From contig DBJE01000003.1 in assembly GCA_002297045.1 (NCBI GenBank), forward strand, positions 65,537 to 129,536: a DNA stretch of 64,000 nucleotides, given 5' to 3'. Numbering within the stretch: position 1 is the stretch's first letter; each line of letters opens with the position of its first letter. Under the pieces are notes generated by a model. It was not told the origin of the DNA. It was given only the letters and a program-made list of their open reading frames with translations, and did not search any database. Made by a program: the position numbers and the translations under genes. This DNA comes from Bacillales bacterium UBA784. Lineage in GTDB: Bacteria; Bacillota_I; Bacilli_A; RFN20; CAG-288. Of the stretch, positions 1-8,422 are shown one piece after another.

Positions 1-48
1 ATCCATATTTTGCCTTACTTTCTATCCGACTAATGTCGGGTGTTTCTT

Positions 49-558
49 CTACTTCCTGGAGATGACGACCCAGCGATCATTATCCAGACCGGAAAGATTA
101 TCGTAGATCCGGATGAAAAGTTCCTTCCTTCCGCTTTCCCCTTTGTAGTAAAGGGAAGAGTCCTTATTGATGTAGACATAAATCTGATCATCCCTTTTTT
201 CCCCTAAAGCGACAAGGGCGTGTTTTGCTTCGAAGTTGTTCTTTGCGATTCCAATCAGGGTATATCCGCAGTTGGAATTTCCCGGAACCGGAATCCGTCT
301 TCCGTCCTTATGGGCAAAACGGATTTCTTCCCCTTTCGTGAGATTTCCGTGGAAGACCCATTCATCCACTCCGTAAAGGGGAGATTTCTGACTGTAGAGT
401 TGATACATCTTGTTGCCTTGGACTAGATAAATGTCACCGCCTATTTTGTCCGAAGGAACAATCTTGGAACTTTCCCTCCTAGGCTTCGCCTTGAATCCGC
501 CGCTCTTCCCCCGCCTTGTCTCTAATTTCTTAACTACTCTCTTTTTCTGGCTAATCAT
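49..558 (-). CDS. hypothetical protein (169 aa)
   Basis: Long ORF. Track ORF 49..588 trimmed to the ATG at 558 (MISQKK...), 7 nt downstream of AGGAGG. No family recognised by eye. Confidence 0.5.
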   Translation of the reverse strand: MISQKKRVVKKLETRRGKSGGFKAKPRRESSKIVPSDKIGGDIYLVQGNKMYQLYSQKSPLYGVDEWVFHGNLTKGEEIRFAHKDGRRIPVPGNSNCGYTLIGIAKNNFEAKHALVALGEKRDDQIYVYINKDSSLYYKGESGRKELFIRIYDNLSGLDNDRWVVISRK

Positions 559-607
559 ATTTCTTCCTCCTTGCTGGAAACGGCTCAACTTATTATATAG
601 TATTTTT

Positions 608-1912
608 ATGATAAAATCTTCTTTGATGAAGAATATTGACAGGAAAGAGAACAGGGATTTTGACTTTGCCTCCCTTAGGAAAGACTACGCCAATAAGGGG
701 CAGAGGGAGCAATTCCGCCTTGGAAGGAAGGAGGATCCTGTTTCCTGCGCAAGGAGGAATCCTTCTTATAGGACAAGTGAAAAAAGGAAGCAGGTATTTC
801 CTTATCTTGAAGAGGATAAAAACGATCCTCTTCTTTTCCGTTTCGACAAGAAGAAGCATGCTTTAGGGAAAAGCATGGAACAGGCTATCGGTGCTTTCTA
901 TATTCTTGACCCCTCTAGTGCCTACCCATCCTATTTCCTGGGGAAACTTCTTCCCCCTTCTTTTGTGTCTATGGACTTATGTGCAGCTCCCGGAGGCAAA
1001 TCCATCGCCCTGTCCTTCAGAAGAAAGGACGGACTCTTTTTGGCTAACGATATTTCCTATACCCGTGCCATCGAAATACAGAAGAACGCAGATAAATTAG
1101 GCAGGGATAATCTTCTCTCCCTGTCAAGGGATCCAAGGAAGAGGAACCTTTCATCCTGTTTTGACTTAGTCATCCTTGATGCTCCCTGCTCGGGTTCCGG
1201 AAGGATCCGGAAAGAGAAGAAAAGGAGGGATGACTTCTCCTTGGAGAAGGTCTCCCGTCTTCTTCCTATTCAGGAATCCCTTCTGGAAAAAGCTGTTTCT
1301 TTAGTAAAGAAAGGCGGCTATCTTTGCTATTCCACCTGTTCCCTTTCTATAGAGGAAGATGAAGAACAGGTTAGGAAAAGGATGAAGAGACATAAGGAAA
1401 TGGAATTAGTCGAGCTACCTGTAGATAGAAACGTTCTTATAGGAAAAAACAAGATTGGCTACCATATGGTTCCAGGGATTTATCAAGGGGAGGGGATTTA
1501 CTTTGCCGTATTAAGAAAAAACGACGGGGAAAGGAACAGTCTGACTCCTTTATCCTTACAGAACCATGTTTTCCCCTTCCGTAAAAGGGAATACTACGTT
1601 CAGAGAATGTTCAAGGAGATTTCTTCCCTTGGCTATATTTCACCAGGCCTGAAAATCAAGGATAGTTCTCCCTATCCAAAGTGTGAATTCGATTATGCCT
1701 ATAGTAAGGCAGTGACCACTCTTCCCTTCCTTCCTCTTTCCCGCAAAGAGGCTAGGGACTATCTTCTTGGCAATCAGCTATCGATTCATAGTGAAAGGAA
1801 GGACGGACTTGTCGTTCTCTCCTATCAGGGAATCCCTCTTGGGTTTGGAAAGAAAATAAAAAACCAGGTGAAGAACTATCTTCCCAAAGGACTCCGCGTC
1901 AAAACCGAATGA
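608..1912 (+). CDS. NOL1/NOP2/Sun-family RNA cytosine-C5 methyltransferase (RsmB/RsmF-like)
   Basis: Motifs DLCAAPGGKS, ILDAPCSGSG and YSTCS (catalytic Cys). Track start 431 overlaps the divergent gene; the first ATG beyond it is 608 (626 also possible, no strong RBS). Confidence 0.8.
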   Translation: MIKSSLMKNIDRKENRDFDFASLRKDYANKGQREQFRLGRKEDPVSCARRNPSYRTSEKRKQVFPYLEEDKNDPLLFRFDKKKHALGKSMEQAIGAFYILDPSSAYPSYFLGKLLPPSFVSMDLCAAPGGKSIALSFRRKDGLFLANDISYTRAIEIQKNADKLGRDNLLSLSRDPRKRNLSSCFDLVILDAPCSGSGRIRKEKKRRDDFSLEKVSRLLPIQESLLEKAVSLVKKGGYLCYSTCSLSIEEDEEQVRKRMKRHKEMELVELPVDRNVLIGKNKIGYHMVPGIYQGEGIYFAVLRKNDGERNSLTPLSLQNHVFPFRKREYYVQRMFKEISSLGYISPGLKIKDSSPYPKCEFDYAYSKAVTTLPFLPLSRKEARDYLLGNQLSIHSERKDGLVVLSYQGIPLGFGKKIKNQVKNYLPKGLRVKTE

Positions 1913-2556
1913 AGTTTTTTCAGTACGGAAAGAAGGAGACCGAGTATCTTTCTAGGAAGGACCATCGCCTAGATAGGATAATTCAGAAGAAACCGTTTAT
2001 CGCCCGTGAGAGGGATGAAGATATTTTTTCCTGCCTATGCCATTATATTATCGGACAGCAGATTTCTTCCTCTGCCCAGGCTTCCGTATATACCAAAAGG
2101 AAAAAGAGGGTAGGAAAAGTCAGCCCCGAATCCGTAATCCTTCTTTCTTCCTCTTCACTTTGTTCCTGTGGAAGGAATAAACGGAAGGCAGAAAATATTC
2201 TCTCTCTTGCCGCAAAAATTGTCTGTCATCAGCTCGATTTGGATCTTCTAAAAAAGAAAGATGACGAAGAGGTTATAAAGGAACTGACGTCTTTATCTGG
2301 GGTAGGAACCTGGACGGCCGAAAGGGTCCTTCTTTTTTCCAGGAACCGAAGGGATGTTTTCAGTCCATTCGACTATGGAATTATCCGTGGAATGAAAATG
2401 GTCTATCACCATCGGAAAATCACTCAGCAGATGTTCAATCGTTATAAGAAACGCTTCTCTCCTTATGGAAGCGTTGCTTCTCTTTATTTTTGGGCTGTTT
2501 CCTCCGGTGACATCTCTCTAGACGATAACGCTATTGCTAATAACGGAAACGCTTAG
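1909..2556 (+). CDS. HhH-GPD DNA glycosylase (3-methyladenine glycosylase II, AlkA-like)
   Basis: LSGVGTWTAE-AGG-VLLFS helix-hairpin-helix motif (WTAEM if AGG=Met). ATGA start/stop overlap with the upstream gene. Confidence 0.75.
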   Translation: MKFFQYGKKETEYLSRKDHRLDRIIQKKPFIARERDEDIFSCLCHYIIGQQISSSAQASVYTKRKKRVGKVSPESVILLSSSSLCSCGRNKRKAENILSLAAKIVCHQLDLDLLKKKDDEEVIKELTSLSGVGTWTAERVLLFSRNRRDVFSPFDYGIIRGMKMVYHHRKITQQMFNRYKKRFSPYGSVASLYFWAVSSGDISLDDNAIANNGNA

Positions 2557-2560
2557 TCTA

Positions 2561-2590
2561 AAAAAGGGGCGGCAGATGCCGCCCCTTTCT
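2561..2590. terminator. bidirectional rho-independent terminator
   Basis: AAAAA-GGGGCGGC-agat-GCCGCCCC-TTTCT between the convergent glycosylase and oleate hydratase genes. Confidence 0.6.
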
Positions 2591-2647
2591 ATTGCTCCTC
2601 TTCTGCCTGAAAAGGGGATACAGGCAGAAAAGATGACAATCTGGTGA

Positions 2648-4441
2648 TTATTTAATCAGTCCGCTTTCTTTAAGCAGAAGCTCGACATCCGTCCCTTTCA
2701 CCTTCTTGGTGACGATCTTAAGCAGTTCCTTCTCCTTGAAGGATAGTTTAATATCGCAAAGAGGCTTCTTGTCGATGGCATAGTAGCAGGCACGGAGAAG
2801 CTCGCGGACATCGTACTTGCTTCCCCAGACTTCCGGTACTCCACGGTCGATATTGAGCAGAGTATAGACGGCTTCCCTTCCTGTGCGCCTAGAATATTCT
2901 GTCGTGAAGATCGTGTCCCGGGGCGTCTCGGCAAACTGACCGATGAAGGCAAAGTTGACGGAGCCTTTCGGAACGACGAGAGGACGGTCGGATCCTTTCC
3001 GCGGCTGGAAGAAGGCGTTGATGTATGGCCTAAAGCAGGTCGTGGTGTTGCAGGCATTCTTGGCCAAGGACTCAATGTCCTCTTCCGGAACTCCGATGTG
3101 ATAGAGCCACTCTTTGCAGACTTCTTCGCCGGTGCATTCCTTCCTAGGCTTCTTGACAAAGTTTCCTTCTTTGTCGGTGCTAAGGGCATAGAGCCAGACA
3201 AGAATCCTGTTTTTGTCCTGGGATTTAAACTGCGGCTGACGGTTGATGGTCCAGGAAAGATACCAGTTGTCCCTGCTATCCTTCACGGTGACAATACCGC
3301 CGGTCGTGACCTTTCCGGAGCGCGGATCACGCTTGCAGATTTTCCTGATGTGGTCGATGATTTCCTGATTGGAAGTGGCGACTGTCGCACTCCTCCAGTT
3401 CGTGGCCTTGATGTCGCTACAGAAGGCATCCGGGTTTCCGTATTCCCCGTTCTTCGCCTGACTGGCGATTGCCTTCCACCTGTCCCAGGATTCTCCTTTT
3501 CCGTTCTCTAGATGGGAGAGATCCGGGGCATGGCTTTGATCCCCGTAGCAGGAGGAATCGGTGCAGCAGCCGTTGGTGATGAAGACAAGATCATCCTCAA
3601 TCAGGTCGATTGTCGCTTCCTTTCCGTCCTTGACATAGACAATCTTCTTGGCAACTTTCTTTCCGTTCACATCTTCGATGATGACGTTCTTGACGTCCCT
3701 GCCATATTCGATCTTTACTCCGTGGCTTTCGAGATATTTGACAAGGGGAAGAATCCTGCTCTCATATTGGTTATATTTGGTGAACCGAAGGGCCGAAAAA
3801 TCCGGAAGTCCGTCGATGTGATGGACATAACGGCAGAGATAACGCTTCCTTTCTAATGCACTTGACCAGCGCTGGAAGGCAAACCTAGTCTGCCAGTAAA
3901 GCCAGAAGTTCGTTGACCAGAAGGATTCCGGAAGGACGTCGGAAATCTTCTTGTCTTCCAGATCCTCTTCCGGAGTAAGGAAGAGTTTGGAAAGGGCGAG
4001 TGCAGATTCCTTGTCTAATTTGAACCTTTTGTCGGTGTGGGCATCCTCTCCGCATTTCACGGTTGCGCGGCAGAGAGAGTAGTTCGGATCATGCTTGTTC
4101 AGCCAATAGTACTCATCCAGTACGGAGTTATCCGGATTGTCTAGGCTAGGGACGGAACGGAAGGTGTCCCACCTGACTTCGAAATGATTGTCCCTTTCCC
4201 GTCCTCCGCGCCTAAAGAATCCTTTGGTCACATCCTTGCGTCCGTCGCAGCTTCCTCCGGCGAGTTCAAGCTTCTCGAGAAGATGGATATGTTCGCCTTT
4301 CCTCTGTCCGTCACGGACAAGATAGAAGGCTGCGGTAAGTCCGGCTAAGCCGGTTCCGATAATATAGGCAGACTTGCTGTCGACTCCCTGAGGCTTCTCC
4401 GGACGGGCGAATGCCTCATAATTTCCTGCGGAATAGTACAT
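2648..4441 (-). CDS. ohyA: oleate hydratase (MCRA family, FAD-dependent)
   Basis: Full-length similarity to recalled oleate hydratases: MYYSxGNYEAFARP, IIGxGLAGLxAA FAD fold, GGRE(M)xNHFE, KFTKYNQYES, FTTEYSxRTxxEAVY. No internal ATG in 597 codons. Confidence 0.95.
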   Translation of the reverse strand: MYYSAGNYEAFARPEKPQGVDSKSAYIIGTGLAGLTAAFYLVRDGQRKGEHIHLLEKLELAGGSCDGRKDVTKGFFRRGGRERDNHFEVRWDTFRSVPSLDNPDNSVLDEYYWLNKHDPNYSLCRATVKCGEDAHTDKRFKLDKESALALSKLFLTPEEDLEDKKISDVLPESFWSTNFWLYWQTRFAFQRWSSALERKRYLCRYVHHIDGLPDFSALRFTKYNQYESRILPLVKYLESHGVKIEYGRDVKNVIIEDVNGKKVAKKIVYVKDGKEATIDLIEDDLVFITNGCCTDSSCYGDQSHAPDLSHLENGKGESWDRWKAIASQAKNGEYGNPDAFCSDIKATNWRSATVATSNQEIIDHIRKICKRDPRSGKVTTGGIVTVKDSRDNWYLSWTINRQPQFKSQDKNRILVWLYALSTDKEGNFVKKPRKECTGEEVCKEWLYHIGVPEEDIESLAKNACNTTTCFRPYINAFFQPRKGSDRPLVVPKGSVNFAFIGQFAETPRDTIFTTEYSRRTGREAVYTLLNIDRGVPEVWGSKYDVRELLRACYYAIDKKPLCDIKLSFKEKELLKIVTKKVKGTDVELLLKESGLIK

Positions 4442-4507
4442 GTTTAAGACCTCCCTGTTTTTGTCTTCGTGGATATTCTAGAGAAAAGAAAAAAGTTTCC
4501 TATAGAC

Positions 4508-4543
4508 AATAAAAGCCCGGTGATTAGTTTTTTATCACCGGGC
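4508..4543 (-). terminator. rho-independent terminator after the TetR gene
   Basis: Minus strand: GCCCGGTGAT-loop-ATCACCGGGC followed by TTTTATT. Confidence 0.6.
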
Positions 4544-4586
4544 GGAAAACTGTAAAAAGATTTATCAGAACAGGGAAAGTGATAAA

Positions 4587-5141
4587 TCAGAGAGCGAATT
4601 TCTTTAAAGCGTCTTTTATTGTCCCTTTGATCAGTCTGGCAAATTTCCCGACAATCCTTTTTGGATCGTCACGCCTATTGTTTTTGATCCAGTCGAGCCT
4701 GATTCCGATGAAGGTATAGGAGAATACCCGGGCGATGAAAGCCTTGTCTTCCTCCCGGACTACCCTTCCTTTTGCCTCCTCGTTGATGACGTTAAGAAGA
4801 AGCCGGTCGACAAGAGGAGTAAGGTATCGCTCGACCTGTTCCTGGTGGACGCTTTTATAGACGTTCCTGATAAAGGGTTTGTTCTTTTCCACGGCCTCGA
4901 AAATCTGGAGGAAGCCTTGCTGCCAGGTATCATAGGTCTTTTTTTCTTCTAATGCCTGCTTGGCATCTTCCCTGCAGGACCATTCCACTAAGTCATAAAT
5001 GTCCTGAAAATGATAATAAAAGGTCCTGCGGTTGATTCCGCAGTCCTGGGCTATTTCACTGACTGTGATATCGGAAAGAGGTTTTTTCCTAAGAAGTTTT
5101 TTCAAAGACTGTTCAAGCGCTTTTTTGGTTACCTCGGACAT
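4587..5141 (-). CDS. TetR/AcrR-family transcriptional regulator
   Basis: N-terminal HTH (PLSDITVSEIAQDCGINRRTFYYHF). Start moved to the ATG at 5141 (MSEVTKK), 8 nt after AAGGAGGAG. Directly upstream of ohyA. Confidence 0.85.
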   Translation of the reverse strand: MSEVTKKALEQSLKKLLRKKPLSDITVSEIAQDCGINRRTFYYHFQDIYDLVEWSCREDAKQALEEKKTYDTWQQGFLQIFEAVEKNKPFIRNVYKSVHQEQVERYLTPLVDRLLLNVINEEAKGRVVREEDKAFIARVFSYTFIGIRLDWIKNNRRDDPKRIVGKFARLIKGTIKDALKKFAL

Positions 5142-5360
5142 GGTTTCTTCTCCTCCTTTATCTGGTAAATAATTTACTTTCCAAAGCAAAAAATAGCAAG
5201 GTCTTTGCCGAGGGAAGCTCCTAATGAAACGATGGAAAGAAAAGCCATGATTACTATTTAGGCTAAAGCAGGGGAGTTTTCCTGTAAAGGATAATTAATC
5301 CTTTCCTTTCCCGCTTCCTTCTTGAATGCAAAAATAACCCGTATATAATAAACATTGCAC

Positions 5361-6371
5361 ATGATAAAGGGTAAATTTATCGTACCGGACTATTATCCGG
5401 AATTCTCCTGCAAAGGCAAAGAATGCAGACAATGCTGCTGTGACGGATGGACCATCACCATCAGTCAGGATGAATATTTCCGATTAAGGAGTCTTCCTCT
5501 TAGTAAAGACAGGAAAGAGAGAAGAGATGCCTATGTCGGCATCCTTCTTCATCCTACCGAAGAGAGATACGCACGGATCAATCTAAACTTCTTTGGGGAA
5601 TGCCCAAGGCGCTTGGAGAACGGATACTGCGGCCTTCAGGTTCAGGTCGGAGAGGAAAATATTCCTTCCGTCTGTCGCTACTATCCCCGGGCACCACGCC
5701 TTTATCCCTATAAGGTTTCCTGCCTAAGCAATTCCTGTGAATGGGTGCTGGAAAAAAGGAGGGAAAGCGATGCTCCTCTTTCCTTTCAGGAAGAAGAGCT
5801 TACCTTCTACTTTAATGAAAAAGAGGTGGTGAAAGATGTTCCAAAAGATTATCTTCCCTTGCATCGCAAATCTCTCGAACTTCTTAAGGACAGAAGCAGG
5901 ACGTTTAATGAACGTCTTCTTTCTCTTGGTAAAATGCTTCATATAGATGTATCCTTCTTTAACGATAAGATAGAGGAACAAATTCTTCGTTCCCTTTGTG
6001 AGAAATTCAAACGTTCTCTAAGTATCGGAGACTATATTTCCTCTCTTCCTTCCTCCTTTCTTTCTAGGAAGGAAAGAGAAGAAAGCAGGAGAAAAAAGAG
6101 GAATAAATTTGATCTTTATAGGGAAAAGTTCTTTTCCAATCATCTTCTGTTCACCTGCTTTCCCTATGTCGATTTAATCCATCGTAAGGATGAATCTTTC
6201 TATGGACTTTATTTTATCTATGACTTCTATCTCCTCCTTCTGGACGGTAATCTTAAGGATGGGGAGAAGACTCCCTTTGTTGACTTATCTTCCTGTGCGT
6301 TCCGTGTGATTGAACATAGCAATAGGTATAGTCTGATTCCTGCCCTTATCCATCAGGAAAACGAGGAATAA
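5361..6371 (+). CDS. Cys-rich FliB-family protein (annotated in databases as flagellin lysine-N-methylase-like)
   Basis: N-terminal PDYYPEFSCKGKECRQCCCDGWTI motif. Track start 5355 is TTG; the ATG at 5361 lies 11 nt after a TATAAT (5344..5349) with no RBS. Confidence 0.5.
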   Translation: MIKGKFIVPDYYPEFSCKGKECRQCCCDGWTITISQDEYFRLRSLPLSKDRKERRDAYVGILLHPTEERYARINLNFFGECPRRLENGYCGLQVQVGEENIPSVCRYYPRAPRLYPYKVSCLSNSCEWVLEKRRESDAPLSFQEEELTFYFNEKEVVKDVPKDYLPLHRKSLELLKDRSRTFNERLLSLGKMLHIDVSFFNDKIEEQILRSLCEKFKRSLSIGDYISSLPSSFLSRKEREESRRKKRNKFDLYREKFFSNHLLFTCFPYVDLIHRKDESFYGLYFIYDFYLLLLDGNLKDGEKTPFVDLSSCAFRVIEHSNRYSLIPALIHQENEE

Positions 6372-6417
6372 TTCTTTTCTTTCTGTTATTCTATTCATTA
6401 AAAGGAGAACATATAAA

Positions 6418-7083
6418 ATGAGACAGGAAATCGACAGGACAAAATACAAGAAACGGAATCTCTTCGACTGGTTTGTTCAGTATGGGGAGAGCGAATATGG
6501 CTTCGATGTCGACAGGGATGTAACAGAAATCGTGAATCTGTCCAAGGAAAGAAAGCAGTCTTTCTTCGAGTATTTCTTCTTTGCCGTAAGGAAAGGAGTC
6601 AACTCTGTTAAGGAGAGGAGAAGGCGGCTTGTTTCCAATAAGGCTTATCTCTATGACGTCATTCATCCGACAAGGACAGTGAGGGGAGAGGAAGGCGTTT
6701 ATCAGAATTCCGGCTTTGAAAGGAAGGACGACTTCTCTTCTTTCCAAAAGGAATGCCGGAAGACGATAGAGGAGGCAAAGCATAGGCCGATTAACGGAGA
6801 TCTTAACCGCTTTCCTATCTGTAACGAGCCGAATGTCGTCTATGCAACCTGCATTCCCATGCTGAACTTCAAGGGGATGACCCATCCGACTCCTACCGGA
6901 AACCAGGAGGCACTCTCCGTCCCTCGCATCTGCTGGGGAAAATACTATCTTGGACTAGACAAACGATACCATGTGACCCTGAACATCACTGTCAGCCACC
7001 TCTTTGTCGACGGCTACCCCTTGGCTGCCTGCTTTGGAAACATCCAAAAATTCCTAGACAATAAGGAAAGCTTCCTTCAATAA
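6418..7083 (+). CDS. chloramphenicol-acetyltransferase (CAT) family acetyltransferase
   Basis: CAT-like length and layout. C-terminal LNITVSHLFVDGYPLA corresponds to the LQVHHxVCDGYH catalytic-His motif. RBS AAAGGAGA. Substrate not inferable. Confidence 0.6.
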   Translation: MRQEIDRTKYKKRNLFDWFVQYGESEYGFDVDRDVTEIVNLSKERKQSFFEYFFFAVRKGVNSVKERRRRLVSNKAYLYDVIHPTRTVRGEEGVYQNSGFERKDDFSSFQKECRKTIEEAKHRPINGDLNRFPICNEPNVVYATCIPMLNFKGMTHPTPTGNQEALSVPRICWGKYYLGLDKRYHVTLNITVSHLFVDGYPLAACFGNIQKFLDNKESFLQ

Positions 7084-7148
7084 AAGTACTTTGATTTGTC
7101 TTTTCCATTTTTATCCGCTATGATGAATTGAATAAGGAGAGAATAATT

Positions 7149-8036
7149 ATGGCTGAATTTATCCTTAGCTGTGAGTCGACATGTGACCTTAGTCACGAAC
7201 ACCTCGTCTCCCGGAAGATTCAATACATCAGGTTCCATTTCTCCCTCGGTGGGAAAGATTATCAGGATGATTTAGGACAGTCGATATCCTATCCGGAATT
7301 TTATTCCCGCAGGGCAAAAGGGGAAATGACCCACACGTCCCAGATTTCCGTCGGTGAATATGTCGGTTATTTCGAGCCCTTCCTCAAGGATGGGAAAGAC
7401 ATCCTTCACGTTTCTCTTTCTTCCGGCCTTAGCGGAACCTATAACTCCGCCTGCGTTGCCGCAAATAGGCTGAAAAGCAAATACCCGGACCGGAAAATCT
7501 ACATTGTCGACTCCCTTGGCGCTTCCTCCGGATATGGCTTAATCAGGGAAACCCTTGCCGATAGGCGGGATGAAGGCAGGGATATTGATGCTCTCCATAG
7601 GTGGATTGAGGAACATAAACTGAACAGGGAACATTGGTTCTTCTCTACGGATCTTCAATACTATGTCCGGGGTGGCCGTATCTCTAAGACTTCCGGTTTC
7701 TTTGGCACCCTTCTTCGCATCTGCCCGTTACTGAATAGGGATGAGGATGGAAAACTCCGGCCCCGTGAAAAGATTCGGACCATCAAGAAAGTGGAAGAAG
7801 CCATCTTTGAAAAAAGGAAAGGCGATGTCCAAGATGGGAAAGACTATGGCGGAAAGGTCTTTATGTCACAGAGTAACTGCAGGGACATGGCTCTTCCGGT
7901 CAAAAACGAAGTCGAGTCCTATTTTCCTAAGAGGAACGGAAAGGTCCTGGTCAATTGGATAGGAACCACCATCGGTTCCCATACCGGACCTGGAACGGTC
8001 GCCCTCTTCTATTGGGGAAAGAAGCGGACAAGTTAG
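7149..8036 (+). CDS. DegV-family fatty-acid-binding protein
   Basis: DegV/EDD-fold layout (ILSCESTCDL..., DSLGASSGYG, GTTIGSHTGPG). Start set to the ATG at 7149 after AAGGAGA (track start 7128 is TTG). Confidence 0.85.
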   Translation: MAEFILSCESTCDLSHEHLVSRKIQYIRFHFSLGGKDYQDDLGQSISYPEFYSRRAKGEMTHTSQISVGEYVGYFEPFLKDGKDILHVSLSSGLSGTYNSACVAANRLKSKYPDRKIYIVDSLGASSGYGLIRETLADRRDEGRDIDALHRWIEEHKLNREHWFFSTDLQYYVRGGRISKTSGFFGTLLRICPLLNRDEDGKLRPREKIRTIKKVEEAIFEKRKGDVQDGKDYGGKVFMSQSNCRDMALPVKNEVESYFPKRNGKVLVNWIGTTIGSHTGPGTVALFYWGKKRTS

Positions 8037-8066
8037 TCGGAAAAAGAAACAGATTGCTGGGGAGAT

Positions 8067-8095
8067 GCCGGAAATCCGGTGTCTCTTTTTTATTT
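8067..8095 (+). terminator. weak terminator after degV-like gene
   Basis: GCCGG-aaat-CCGGT hairpin followed by a CTCTTTTTTATTTT run. Confidence 0.4.
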
Positions 8096-8207
8096 TCTTC
8101 TGACTTGAAATCTTTTTCCGTTTTTCAAAGAAGAAGGAGAAAATAAATAGTCCGGTTAAGAATAGAGGAAAAGAGACAGGAAGACACTTCTGAAAGAAAC
8201 AGACAAC

Positions 8208-8232
8208 AAAAAAAGGAGACCTTTCGGTCTCC
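8208..8232 (-). terminator. rho-independent terminator downstream of tRNA-fMet
   Basis: Minus strand: GGAGACC-gaaa-GGTCTCC followed by TTTTTTT. Confidence 0.65.
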
Positions 8233-8241
8233 CTGATTTTC

Positions 8242-8316
8242 TGGTAGCGGGGGAAGGATTTGAACCTCCGGCCTTCAGGTTATGAGCCTGACGAGCTACC
8301 ACTGCTCTACCCCGCG
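8242..8316 (-). tRNA. initiator tRNA-fMet (anticodon CAU), CCA encoded
   Basis: 75-nt cloverleaf read on the minus strand: CGCGGGG-TA-GAGC-AGTGGTA-GCTC-G-TCAGG-CTCATAA-CCTGA-AGGCC-GGAGG-TTCAAAT-CCTTC-CCCCGCT-A-CCA. The C1xU72 mismatch and an acceptor/anticodon arm close to E. coli tRNA-fMet indicate the initiator. Confidence 0.9.
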
Positions 8317-8346
8317 ATGTATGCTTACTTTCTTTCAGCGAAGGAT

Positions 8347-8375
8347 ATTATAGAGGAAGCAGGGCCGTATTTCAA
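8347..8375 (-). promoter_or_regulatory. sigma-70-type promoter for tRNA-fMet
   Basis: Minus strand: TTGAAA, 17-nt spacer, TATAAT, about 30 nt upstream of the mature tRNA 5' end. Confidence 0.6.
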
Positions 8376-8390
8376 GGGAGAGAAATAAGA

Positions 8391-8418
8391 AAAGGAAAAG
8401 GCGGCGCATGGCCGCCTT
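8391..8418 (-). terminator. terminator after potD-like gene
   Basis: Minus strand: AAGGCGGC-loop-GCCGCCTT followed by TTTTCCTTTT. Confidence 0.6.
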
Positions 8419-8422
8419 CCTT

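Noticed and set aside
431-607. N-terminal extensions of track ORFs, for example 431..607, 559..588, 5142..5189, 7128..7148, 10295..10366, 13650..13712, 28923..28991, 31555..31623, 39057..39080, 45790..45804 and 59131..59178.
   Set aside because: The track opens ORFs at the first ATG, GTG or TTG. The extensions overlap neighbouring genes or lack an RBS, while a downstream ATG with a well-spaced GGAGG-type RBS (or a -10 box) matches the family N-terminus.
2698-3856. Same-strand out-of-frame and antisense ORFs inside real genes. Examples: 2698..3201, 3098..3511 and 3512..3856 in ohyA; 6391..6885 across the CAT gene; 14162..14746 across the HAD gene; and many 60-170-aa ORFs inside potA, mgtE, addAB, Res, pepF and others.
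   Set aside because: They lie fully inside strongly supported genes, have Arg/Ser/Pro-rich low-complexity translations typical of off-frame reading, and lack RBSs.
4559-4588. A 9-bp inverted repeat (GATTTATCA-n12-TGATAAATC) considered as the TetR operator for ohyA.
   Set aside because: It overlaps the 3' end and stop codon of the TetR gene and lies upstream of that gene's terminator, not in the ohyA promoter. Chance occurrence or an mRNA 3' structure is more likely.
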